A stretch of 64,000 bases of DNA from Tubiluchus corallicola (lineage: Eukaryota > Animalia > Priapulida), in assembly GCA_030141605.1 (NCBI GenBank), contig JAQGDQ010000164.1:310001-374000 (forward strand). The letters are read 5' to 3'. Numbering within the stretch: the first letter of the stretch is position 1; each line of letters starts with the position of its first letter. The translations under genes and the position numbers were made by a program. Below the pieces are notes generated by a model, which had not been told where the DNA came from, searched no databases, and saw only the letters and a program-made list of their open reading frames with translations. This document shows positions 47,674 to 58,900 of the stretch, piece after piece.

Positions 47674-50616
47674 TGGTAGTATGTGATTGTTTGAAATTAA
47701 TGAGTTTAGGAAAACATTTTAAATTTCACAGCAAACAGCCTAAATGTGTTAGGTAATAGAGGTACTAGAAGAGAATTCACTGTGTTGTTGAAACGAAAAG
47801 ATGGCAGACGGTGTACCTGTTTGCCGTAAGTATTTTTACATATTTTCCTAACAGGGTTAGAAGTAGAAAGAAGCAAAAGTTTCAAGGTGCAAATATCTTA
47901 GTGCATTACTAAAGTGCAAAATATTAACATAATTATGCAAACGTAATTGCTTGTGGTTCTTGCAAAATCAGTGGATTTTCTATATCACCAATATTGCCTT
48001 TACGGATTTCCCGCTTCCTTTTGCTAAACTTTACCTTTGTTATACAAGACATTTCCGAGTTGTATGCTTGGGTTATTTGCATCTCATAGTATATCTTGGG
48101 GCATGATATGTTAGCAGTGTTGGAATGGATTCAATACAGTCAACCCGGAGTCATTAAACTCTGATTAAAATTAACCACAAAGTTGGGACTTAGGCCAGAT
48201 TTTAACCAGCGACACGTGTAAATGTCCCCCGAATCAAATGGGACCTTTGTCGGGATTTTCAAATATTTCCTTTCTTTCAGTCAAACTTAGTTCAAAAATT
48301 CATACCTAAACTTGAAGTTAAAATTCGTGAATTTGTGTGTTATGACAACTTGATTTGCATGACTTCCTATCAACGTGAATGCAATGGTACTCTTGCGCAT
48401 AAATCAGTAGACACTTCAAATGATTTTATGCGTTTAATGGTGTAGTTAAGCAGTACAAATATATCATGTTTTTTGGATATTTTTCATTATTGTTGTTGCA
48501 ATTTACAGACACTGTATGTTGTGATTGTCCTAACAATTTTGTTGCATTTTGCTAGTCATAGACGCTACACATGTTCTGATATTAGAGTCAGCTGTTGGGT
48601 CACTTAGGTGTTTAAGTCACGTAGCATAGGGTGCTTTACATGAAACCCGGTAATATTAGAAATTGTAATTGCCATAGGTATTTTGGTATGTTTCTTCCAA
48701 GTAACCATTTTTTGCTTTTTTGTGAAAAGCATTGATGACTGAATTAGGGTTTCTTCTAATCATGTGGTTTAATCTGATTTCTGATACATCAGCAAGTTTT
48801 AATTACTTTTCATCCACATCGAGTCTTCCCGTACAGAAATGTTATACAGTGTTGGTTATTTATCTAATATGTAATATATATTTGAGATAGATGGGTGTAA
48901 GGTGTAAGATTTTAGCCTGTGTCAGGGTAGACAGTAGCTTCACTGTACAATCAAAGTTATACGAGACAATCAGGAAGAGATTAATTATTCCAAATTATTT
49001 TTTTACTTTTTGATTTTACTGTTTTTAATTGCTTTGCTTAAATTTTTATTTTTGAACTTGATCAGTTTTGGTACATTTATTTAATGTTTTCGTAATAATT
49101 AGTTGAGTTCATTTGCCTATGTTCTAATCAAATGAAGGAAATAATTTCTTCTGCTTTATTACTTAATTCGTATTTTGTGAGTTTCAACAATCCTTTTATC
49201 CTTGATTCACACTCTGAAAGCATGACTTATCTGCTTTGAAAAAGTATGTCTCAGGAAGTCTTATCAAAGGACTATATTTTTTACAAGTCTTTGAAGGGAC
49301 CAGCTAATTTAATGTTAAAAATGATGCTATTATTGGTTTGACTTGTATTGTTAGAAATATGGCTAGCTTGTAATTTTGCGCACATTATTGCTTTGCAATA
49401 GCAGCTGATTTTACTGTTTTATGCAGGTTAGCTTATGTGCTTTAAACTTTAAAAACTAGTATTTCTTTCAGAAGGTTTCCTTTTCGTAGTTTATGATTTG
49501 TTTTTGTCAGCTTTGTAATAATTACGAATAGATTATGCGATCCGTTGCCATTTTGCATACAGATTTTTGAAACCCGATTTTCATTTCTGGATTTGTAGTT
49601 AGTTTTTAAGCTTATATGTTGCTACTGTAGCTAGATAAGTGTGTATTGCCTTTTAGGCTTTTTGATCATTTACAAAGGTTAGTGTTTTAAAGAAAGCTGC
49701 AGGGCTAAGTGGTGTTTACCCAGCATCCGGTTTTCCATCTTGCAGAATAGCCGCGGAGAAAAAATCAATAGGAAATAACTGCAGAAAAAGAGTAACGCAA
49801 ATGCAGGCAGCTTAAACGGGTGCATTGAAAATATATATAAACCAATTTTATTTATTCCGCACCCCCAAAATGTATACGCATCCGGATGCTGGGTAAACTC
49901 CACCTTAGGGTGTTTTCACACACATTGTACCGAGTAGGCGATACGTTGTCATCAGTTTGCCCTTATAAAAGTTACATTTTAAATAAATAGCTGTTTTAGC
50001 TGATTCACAAAAGCACAACAACCATTTGGCAATAATGAGGTAACTTTCTGGGAAACTACAGCATGTAAGGAATTCCTTTATATTTCTTCAACTATTGTAA
50101 ATTTGTAGGATTCGTGAACAATCCTTTGATTCTTGTAGTGGCGAATTGTTGTTAACTCTCGCCTCACATTACTGAAATGTGTTTGTAGAACAGAAGTACT
50201 TAGTTCCCTGCAATTGTGTACATTCTAAATGCTTAAATGTAGAGCTTAACTGCTATTGCAGAAAAATTGCATATCTGTCATGATGATAAACTTATGTAGT
50301 TGTTGAAACCCATATCAGCCCATATAAATATTCAGTGTAATTGAGATTTGCTGTTTTATTTTCGTTGAATATTGTTCTCGTCGGCCAGTGTTCCGTGTAT
50401 AAAATATTATTTAAGATGTTGTTTTAATGTACTGACTACAGTCTGATTGACAATGCTGTATTGCGTACATTGCTGCAAAGTGACTGTGAACTTATGTAAT
50501 TTCACTTAGCAAGTGTAAGATTTAGGAGTTTTTGCACTGCAGGATAGGTAGTGTCCGTGATCATGTATGCTGTAAAATTTTTACTCTGCTTGTTTAGCAA
50601 TTACTGTATCAAGGTG

Positions 50617-51222
50617 GTGGCGGCTCGTGCATAGGTACTGTGGTACTGCAGCACCCCCTGTTTTCACTCATTATTATCGATAATATTCAATATATGATCT
50701 TTTTTCTTTAGCTCTTTTTTATACTTGTGAGCAACTGGAGCATGTGAGGGAAGTACAATTTGCTTTCCTGCCCAAGCAACGCAGTGTTTGGCTGCTGTGC
50801 ACATGTGGCCATGCGCACATGTCTGAACTAACACGCTGTACGATATCGTCTGCTGCTAGGTAGAAAAGCACTGTCTGTATCACAGTAACAATTGCCACGT
50901 GCTTACCGTCTACCGTCGTATTCTTGGATATGATAGTGTAAATTTAGCGTGTTTGCTTAAAACAAATTATTTAATAATGGACGCCTTACATCCCCAACAA
51001 ATAAGTTTTGTGATTGTAAGTGAACTACAACAGCTTATTTTTTTGCAATTGTCTCCCCATGAAAAAGTTTCAGTGAAAAAAAGAGGCCGTTCAATACCTG
51101 ATCTTCAAATATAGCTGCAACATTAAAATTACATATGTTTGTTACATTTTACACAGTAGTAAAACAATGGCTAAAAATTTTCTGAAGGAGCACCCCCACT
51201 AATTTTAGCTACGAGCCGCCAC
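50617..51222. mobile_element. hAT-like MITE
   Basis: Perfect 12-bp inverted termini GTGGCGGCTCGT / ACGAGCCGCCAC, with AGCACCCCC subterminal motifs near both ends. No clear TSD. Confidence 0.65.
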
Positions 51223-52290
51223 AGACTAGCAGTGTGAGAACATAACAAAATTAGATATCCTTGCAATTTGATTTTATTGTTTCCTAACATTTTCTCATGT
51301 ATTTAACTAATACATCAATGCTATTGTTGAAGTGCGTTTTTTATGCGAGACTTAAACTTAATATTATGACTCATTTTTTCCTACATGTTTTTAACATATA
51401 TTTACATGTCAGAAGGCAAATATGTATTATAAAATTGCAAGTAGACTGTGTGATAAATCGGTTTTTCTGAATTTTTCTTTTCTATTACTGGAACATTTTG
51501 CAGTTTAAACTACTTTCTACTTGTCTGTTGATCTCTAACTTACAGTGCCTCCTGTTTCTTGCCAATAGATGTTATCATGTTGTGTCTATTATAATATTAT
51601 TGCCACTGTTTACAGTATAAGTCTCGCCATCTATTAAAATTTTATTAAACTAATAACTAGTGGAAATTTGTTTCCACATTAATTTTGAGCATTTTTATCT
51701 GTAAATAATTTATAACATGAAGCGTTTATTAACTTAGGAAAACTGAAAACTTATAAGGAGGCACGTTATAATGCTTCGCGTATTTCAAATTATTCTAACA
51801 ATCTGTATCTCAGGCAATCTATATTTTTCTTAAATTCATGTTGCTGTATTTCTAAGATGTCGTTTTTCAGCCAAGATGATCATTCACTGTTATGATGTAT
51901 TGTAAATACACTGTTGTACTTATGATGAAATTGAGAACTGTAGACTTTTTTCTTTAATTGACATTTGGTTTTTAATGGAAGACTTTGTATAAGTATCATG
52001 GGAATTCAGTCACCTTTTCTTTCTGTCAGTTTTTCCAGAGGCACGTGAATTCTGCTGTGCAGTTTACAAACTAATTCTGTACTATTAGATTCAAAATAGT
52101 AGATGTGTAATGATCAAAGTAAGAATGCAAGAAAAAGGGCAAAGCGGGGAAAAAGAGAAGGGTAGCCTTTTGTAGACGAATCGAAACGATTTGAACTACC
52201 TCAGCTGGTCAGAGCTAAAACTGTGGAAGTGAGAGAAAGAATGAAATAATTCTGCTGTAACTTTCTTATCGGGCTACTGATAATTGTATT

Positions 52291-52448
52291 CGGGGTTGGG
52301 AACTCCTGTCTTGAATTTTTGGTCCTGACCCGAATCCGGGTCACGTTCACTTCATGCTGAACCCGAAATATCTCGACCTTGAACTCAGTTAGCGTTCTGA
52401 ACCCCGACCTCGAGCAGCAGCAAATCCCTATCTGAACCTTGACCCCCC
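52291..52448. repeat. Degenerate (TGA)ACCCGA-motif cluster, likely transposon subterminal repeats
   Basis: CCTGACCCGAATCCGGG, TGAACCCGAA, CTCGACCTTGAACTC, TGAACCCCGACCTCGA, TGAACCTTGACCCC within about 150 bp. Confidence 0.45.
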
Positions 52449-52814
52449 AATGAAGTCTAGAAATTTGAAGTCAGTATATTTTTTAAATTGTTTCTTTATA
52501 CAAAGTCAAATTCTCAAATTTGACAAAATAGAAAGCCAACTGTCTTGGAACAGACAGAATTTTGAAAAGATTCAGTTTTTTGTAGAATTTCCTGCATGTT
52601 TGGTTCATCTGAAACTTTTGTGTGGCTTTTTTGTCAGACTAAAATTAATTAATGATTTTTAATCTCACTTTCGCAGTATAGTTGGTATCGTTAAGTTTTT
52701 ATATTTATTTATCATTATTTTAAGTATGATAATTTTTATATTCTGAACTCGCGTTCACCCTGCTGTTTGTGTGTAAGTTTTGAGGCAGCTGATTCATTCA
52801 AAGCAGTGCTGGCA

Positions 52815-53225
52815 GTGAGCCAGCTACAACGTCTGATTGGCTATTGCGAGGTGGATCCCTGCCAGCTGATTGGCGTTTCCCGGATCCCTCTATTGATCTG
52901 TCTGCAGTCGCTCAAATCGTAAAGCTGGATAGCTTGAAGCTGTTACGGAAGCAGAGATTTTGTTACTGTTTAGCCCTTGCGGATTATGACCATGGCTTTA
53001 CGTTGTCAGTGATACTGCAACATTGCATTTGGCTTGCAGTGATCACCATAGTGACAGAGTATTGTGAACAGTTAATTTCGTGCAAGGCGGATTTTTAATC
53101 AGATTAAAAACAGGCCCTACTTTACTGTATAGTGAACAGTCTGTTAGAGTGTATCAGAGTATTGTGAACAGTCTGATAGTGTATCAGAGACGGTGTCTGA
53201 ATAGCGATTACCCAATAAAGTGAGT
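52815..53225 (+). promoter_or_regulatory. Candidate HCP promoter and non-coding first exon
   Basis: Two CTGATTGGC (inverted CCAAT) boxes, with ATTGG at 52836 and 52869, each followed by GGATCCCT. Local CpG enrichment. Donor AA|GTGAGT at 53220. The first coding exon has an upstream acceptor (TGCAG ending 55941), which implies an upstream UTR exon. Confidence 0.45.
53056..53190. repeat. Imperfect about 30-bp tandem repeat (CAGAGTATTGTGAACAGTCTG...GTGTATCAGAG)
   Basis: Two adjacent units at 53132-53190 plus a partial unit at 53055-53072. Confidence 0.65.
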
Positions 53226-55979
53226 AATATCACACATCTGTGAATTTGTGTATTTTTGCAGTAACGTAGTGTTTAGTAAATTAGTGTTTAAAGCACTATA
53301 GAAGTGTTTTACCTACAATAGCGTTTAGAGTAGTTTAAGCACCTAAAGGTATGTACACAGGTGTGTTTTTCTAGAAATGTGTTGTGTCGGATACTGCTGC
53401 ATTCCTTTTTAACTAACTTGTCCATGTTTCCATGTAACATGACATTGTAATTTTCCGTTTATAATCATTACAATGTAAATGTACTGTTGTCAGCTAGTGC
53501 ACGTGTTATGTCACAAAATGTTGTAGTAGTCCCATAATCCCATTCTTAAATTACAAAGCATGAAATGTTTTGTAATCAAATCAGTAATGACATGGCTTCT
53601 GGATCAAATCGTGCAGTTGTCGGTTTTGGCTTTACGCTTCATCTGGTAAGTCTCAACAAGTATGGATTTGATGTACTCCAGCACATATGTTGTGTTTAGC
53701 TTAATATTATCACTGTCTGTTTTATGCAACATGTTTCATTGACATTATTATTAAACTGAACGTTTTTGACCAATTTTCAGTAGCCTTTCAAATGCTGAGT
53801 TTTTAAAGCACTTAGTCTAGATTGCAAGTCATTAAGTTATTCGCTTATTGAGTTTTTGCTTGCCAACTGCCAGGATATGTCTTTTAGAATGACATTTATT
53901 GTTGTCATGAATCTGACTCTTTGTGAACTTGCCATTTAGAACACCATTTATTGTTGCTGTGGTATCCCTTTTATCGTAAACTTTTAACACGGAGGAACTT
54001 TATTATGATGTCATAATAAAACAATGGCTAAAACTTATTACATGAACAAAATCGAGAACAAAATCATGGCGAAATAGACAGTTTTATAATATTCTGAAAT
54101 TTGTTAGATACTCATAGATACACATTTGTTTTAAAAATCTTGAATTAGCTGACATTAGAATTGAAATTAAAATGACATAATTATGTTAAATCTTTTGACA
54201 AAGTACATTATAGTGACTATAGATTTATATCAGCATGAAAATTGTTTAAAATTCACTGTAATTTTCATTTTATGTAGATTCACTGAACTTTATTGCCGGC
54301 ACAGCAAAGAAGGCAAAAACTACATCGTCTCACATTATCTTGTCTATTTAACTTAAACACAGCCTTACAAAAATCAGCATGTAATGCTCAATAATCGTGA
54401 AATTTGAACTTCTGAAGTTTAACGCATCTTTGAAAAAAATGCAAATCTCTCACCTCAAAAAATCTCCCGGCCACCATTAATAATTTGCAGTAGAAAATCT
54501 TAGTTATTTGCATTAGAAACACGCTGTGCACCAGCTTCTAGCAGATTAGTCAAAAATTAAAGTTTTAGCGTTCCAGGAACTTGACTGAAATGAATTTACG
54601 AGACCAGCGTCAGTATTTTTACTGTTATCATTACCATTGCACATGAAACATTGCGCAAGTTCAGTTCATGCATCACTACTGACCTCATTAAAAGTGCAAT
54701 CTGCCCTCAGTAGCACAAGGTGCACTATATACATGTCATTACTAGGACAACATGCCCCATAATGTACGAGCATTAGAACAAGATGCACCATTAACATTAT
54801 TATCAGTGGAACAAGTTGCCCTGTGCGCTCAGATCATTAGAACAACGCGCCCTGCTGTGCAATATTGGATTTTACAACAAAATATCTTTATTACCTTGTA
54901 ACGTGCCATGTAGATTGCTATCAGGACAAGCTGTTCAACTGCGTTCACATACGCATGCACACACACGCGCACATACACATTAGGAAAGCCTAACATCTAA
55001 TTAATTGAGGAAGGAAGCACTGAAAAATTGCAGACTGACCAGGATTTGAACCCAGCACCTCACTGCTTACATAGTAGATTGTTCACACGCACATGAAGTA
55101 CAGTGTGAACTGATTAAATATGTTTGTATAGATATATTGTAATTGGGTCAATATTACTATATAAAGCTGAACACAATGCATGCCCTAGAATAGATTAAAT
55201 CTATACTTGTTGATGTTTACCAGATGAAGCACAGAAGCAAACGTTACCATGGCATTTCTTTTTAGCAGAACATCGTGATCATTGTGATACCTGCTTAAAT
55301 AAGAACTTGTATGCTAGAAATAACAATAAATAGCAATAACATGTTTCTCAAGAAATAATTAGCTATGTTTACTATGTATTTCTCTGATGTTTTTCTCAAA
55401 ATAAAGTAATGGCCATTCACCATTCTTAGTCTCTTGTCTGTAAACAGTGCAGTACGAAAAAGCTCTAAGACGAGCAGCCCTTAATTTCCCATTTACATCT
55501 TATTTCCAGGGGTATATGCATGCGCATAGGTGTTGGCTAATTATAATAAATCACTTTATATTGTTCTATTAACATACCAGTCTTCAACATTTCTCTCTTG
55601 TCTAAACTAGACAAATTCAGGTCAACATAAAACTGTTATCTTCTTTCAGTGTTGGTGCAAGATGCTAAAATGAGGATAAACATTTTGTCTTGACATTTAC
55701 ACAAATAACAAAATAACAGTAACAATGACTTCATTTTTAATTGCTTGTTATTTTTGTGTGTTTACCAGCCACAACATGCTGTCAATTCGCATTTTTGCGT
55801 AAGTTAATGAAAATTTTGCAAATTTTCTCTTTTATTAAATTGACCACATAAACACCTGCTATAGTTACTTTAAAGCAGTTGCTGACAGAAACGTGGGAAA
55901 TAAAGGTATAATTTTATAACCTTTTTGGTTGGTAATTGCAGATATTGTGCTAGCACAGATAAAATAACTTCCGAAGAAG

Positions 55980-58900
55980 ATGGCTTCCACATTGTTGAGA
56001 GCATTGTTACGTGCCACAACTGTGCGCTATCTAACAGCAGGGCGATGCAGTGTTTTAGAGAGACACGTGGCTCCCTTTAACAGGACTATTTTGCGAAATC
56101 TTGGAGAGGTTAAGTTGAGAAGCTATACCACAAAAGCCAGAGCAGCGAATGCCGATACTGAAGGTATTATATGATTATTGTAGCGCAGCTTCTAGTGCTA
56201 TTCAGATCTCATGTCTTTCAAATTTCTTAGTGAAATACTGAGAAGTTTTGTTAATTTTCACTTAATCTGTATGACATTATGAATTTTCTATTATGTAAAG
56301 GTGAACTTATGATTGGCTTGCAAAAGAAATAGTAAAAAATGTTCTAAATCTGGATTTGAACCAGTGGCTTTCTAGCAGGTATTCTTGCCAACTCTATTGC
56401 ATTTTTGGCAACTTCTAAGCGAGAGGCACAGGTTTCAGAATCTGGCAGTGGAATGATTTTTTTATTCATTTTTTCCATGCTAGTCATAAAATTTCTCCTT
56501 AGGATGGAAGACTTATATCATTAATAACTTGATAATCAATCTTGCTTTATTAATTAGTTAGTTAACTAATTATTTTCATTAATATGAAAATAAGAGAGTT
56601 ATATTATTACTATGAAAGTTAGTATGAAATGTAAGTTTAACAAAAGTTCTTGTTGCCATGTGAAAAGGCTAATAACTAGGCTCTAGTAAGTTGTGGCTAA
56701 GTGGTCGCAATGGTACTGACTGTCCATTTCTTTCTGTTATTCACTTGCAATTTACTTGACTGATATTGTACGTGTGCCACAGTCAGTTATGTCCGGTCTA
56801 CTACAGCTGAAATCGTGCATATATCATATGTCTGATTTTCGAATGAATTAGCTTTCATGACTGTGGGTAGTGTAGAAAACAAATTGTTGCCTCTATGTTA
56901 TTTAGTGAGGTTATCTTATTTGTGCTACTGCAGCACAGCAGAGCACATAGCTCTAATTGGCTCACATATTTTTTCACTAGTTAAAACATTACGAATTGAC
57001 CAATGTAATAAAACAGCTTTGTGCACAAGATTTTTTATGATTTTCATTACTTATTTTCAGACATGTTTTGTTTTCAATGTGAACAAACCAAGAATCGGAA
57101 GGGGTGCACTACGATCGGAGTTTGCGGAAAAACTGCTGAGGTTTCGCACCTGCAAGATTTGTTGACGTACATCTTGCGTGGTCTGGCCTTGTACGGGCAT
57201 CGTGTCAACAAGCTGGGCAGACATCTTAATAATGAAGTGTACGATTTTATGTACTCAGCATTGTTCAGGTGAGCAAGTACTTTAGAACTTCCATGATCCC
57301 TTTAATGAGTATTTTAAAGTTGCTTAGACCTGTTCTTTTAGAGTGAGCATTAAATTATAGATCATAGTTTTATATTACCCATTCACGTTGTATGCCAACG
57401 TATAAGAGACTATCAGCGTATGTTTTACAATAATCCATTGTGTGCCAATGTATATGTTACACTGACTAATTCTGTTATTTGCACACCAATAATACATACC
57501 ACAGTTTGCATATTCTTTGTGAATGATGATGAACTGCATGCATCACAGCAATGTAGCCATCAAATTACTGCAATAAATGCTAATATGAGTAGATATTGTA
57601 AGTTCATTTAATTAATTTAATTTGGTACAAATGTTCTCTGATTAAATTCATTGGAATTGTTTTGGTATGTAACTTGACATATTAGCAGCAACAGCTGTAG
57701 TAGTTTATGATTCAAGTAGTTCTGAAAATTTTATGAATTAGCATTCAGAAATTTTAATTAGTACAATATATAGTGTGATCAAACATGAGAATGTGGCAGT
57801 GACAATAAAGTTCGATGATCATAATTCAATTGGTGCTCTCTAAAATACTTATACATTCTGCTTAAAGTCTGTCTGGCACAATTAATTATCCAAATTATTC
57901 TATATTGTTCCAAATTATTTAAATTATTCTAAATTATTCCAAATTATCTAAATTATTATTCTTATTTCAAACAATGGAATTAAGGAGGAACTAGATTTAT
58001 TGACCATCACATTTATTGTCACGCATCATTCTACGCCGCTCGCTTGCTTGGACACAACTTCAATATCATGCTTCGTGAATTTTAAGAAATCTGTAGACGA
58101 AGTTTTCTGTTTTTTTGGATCTGGTTTAAATCTTTTAAAACTGCTCGAATTCTGTGGTAACATCTGTCCAAAATGTTCACTAGGCTTATTTTGGGTAACT
58201 ATTTCCAAAAAGAAAACAGCGTTTTTGTTTGTTTATTGTTCTGCTTGTGTTAATTTTACTTTTGTTTCTTTTTGCAGCACACTAACAAATGTGAACTTTG
58301 ACCCAGATAGGTTTCTTGTCTACATTTCTGAGGCACTCAAACACAGGGATGCTGTAAAAGAACTATATTTTTCTACTTGCAAGGTCAGACTTAATATAAT
58401 TATAATAAAAATACTTGACAATTACCTTTATCACATCAGTTTAATATATCACACTAGTAATTTACACTTCCATTCCTATTCACTGATGATTGGATCTGTC
58501 TCATTTTGATTTATCTTATAAAGAACAGACCTTAAAGTAAACAATGACAAGACATTATATTAAGAAATGCTCGTGTCATAAACAGACCATAACAGTTTCA
58601 CCATAAAATGACTAACGCTGTCATTCTGCTTAACTGAATTTAGCTTATACATGTGTCATAAATCTGTGAGAGTATGAAATTCCTTTCACGTGCTTTTAAA
58701 CACTAATTGTCTGAAAACGGTTTACCTCGTAGGAACAAGGAGCAAAACCTGAAGCATTTCCTGAAGGTCCAGCCACATATCGCCCTCCTGCGGAAGATGT
58801 ACATACTCTTGCAGAAGAAGGTAAGTCACAGGAAGAGTTACTTATTGTGGATAATAAATGAACAATTTTACTTTTAAAAAAAGGAAAAGTACTGTGGATT

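Noticed and set aside
52000-56800. HIF-response elements (RCGTG) upstream of HCP
   Set aside because: A few ACGTG occur, but they are scattered and not visibly above chance for a 5-mer.
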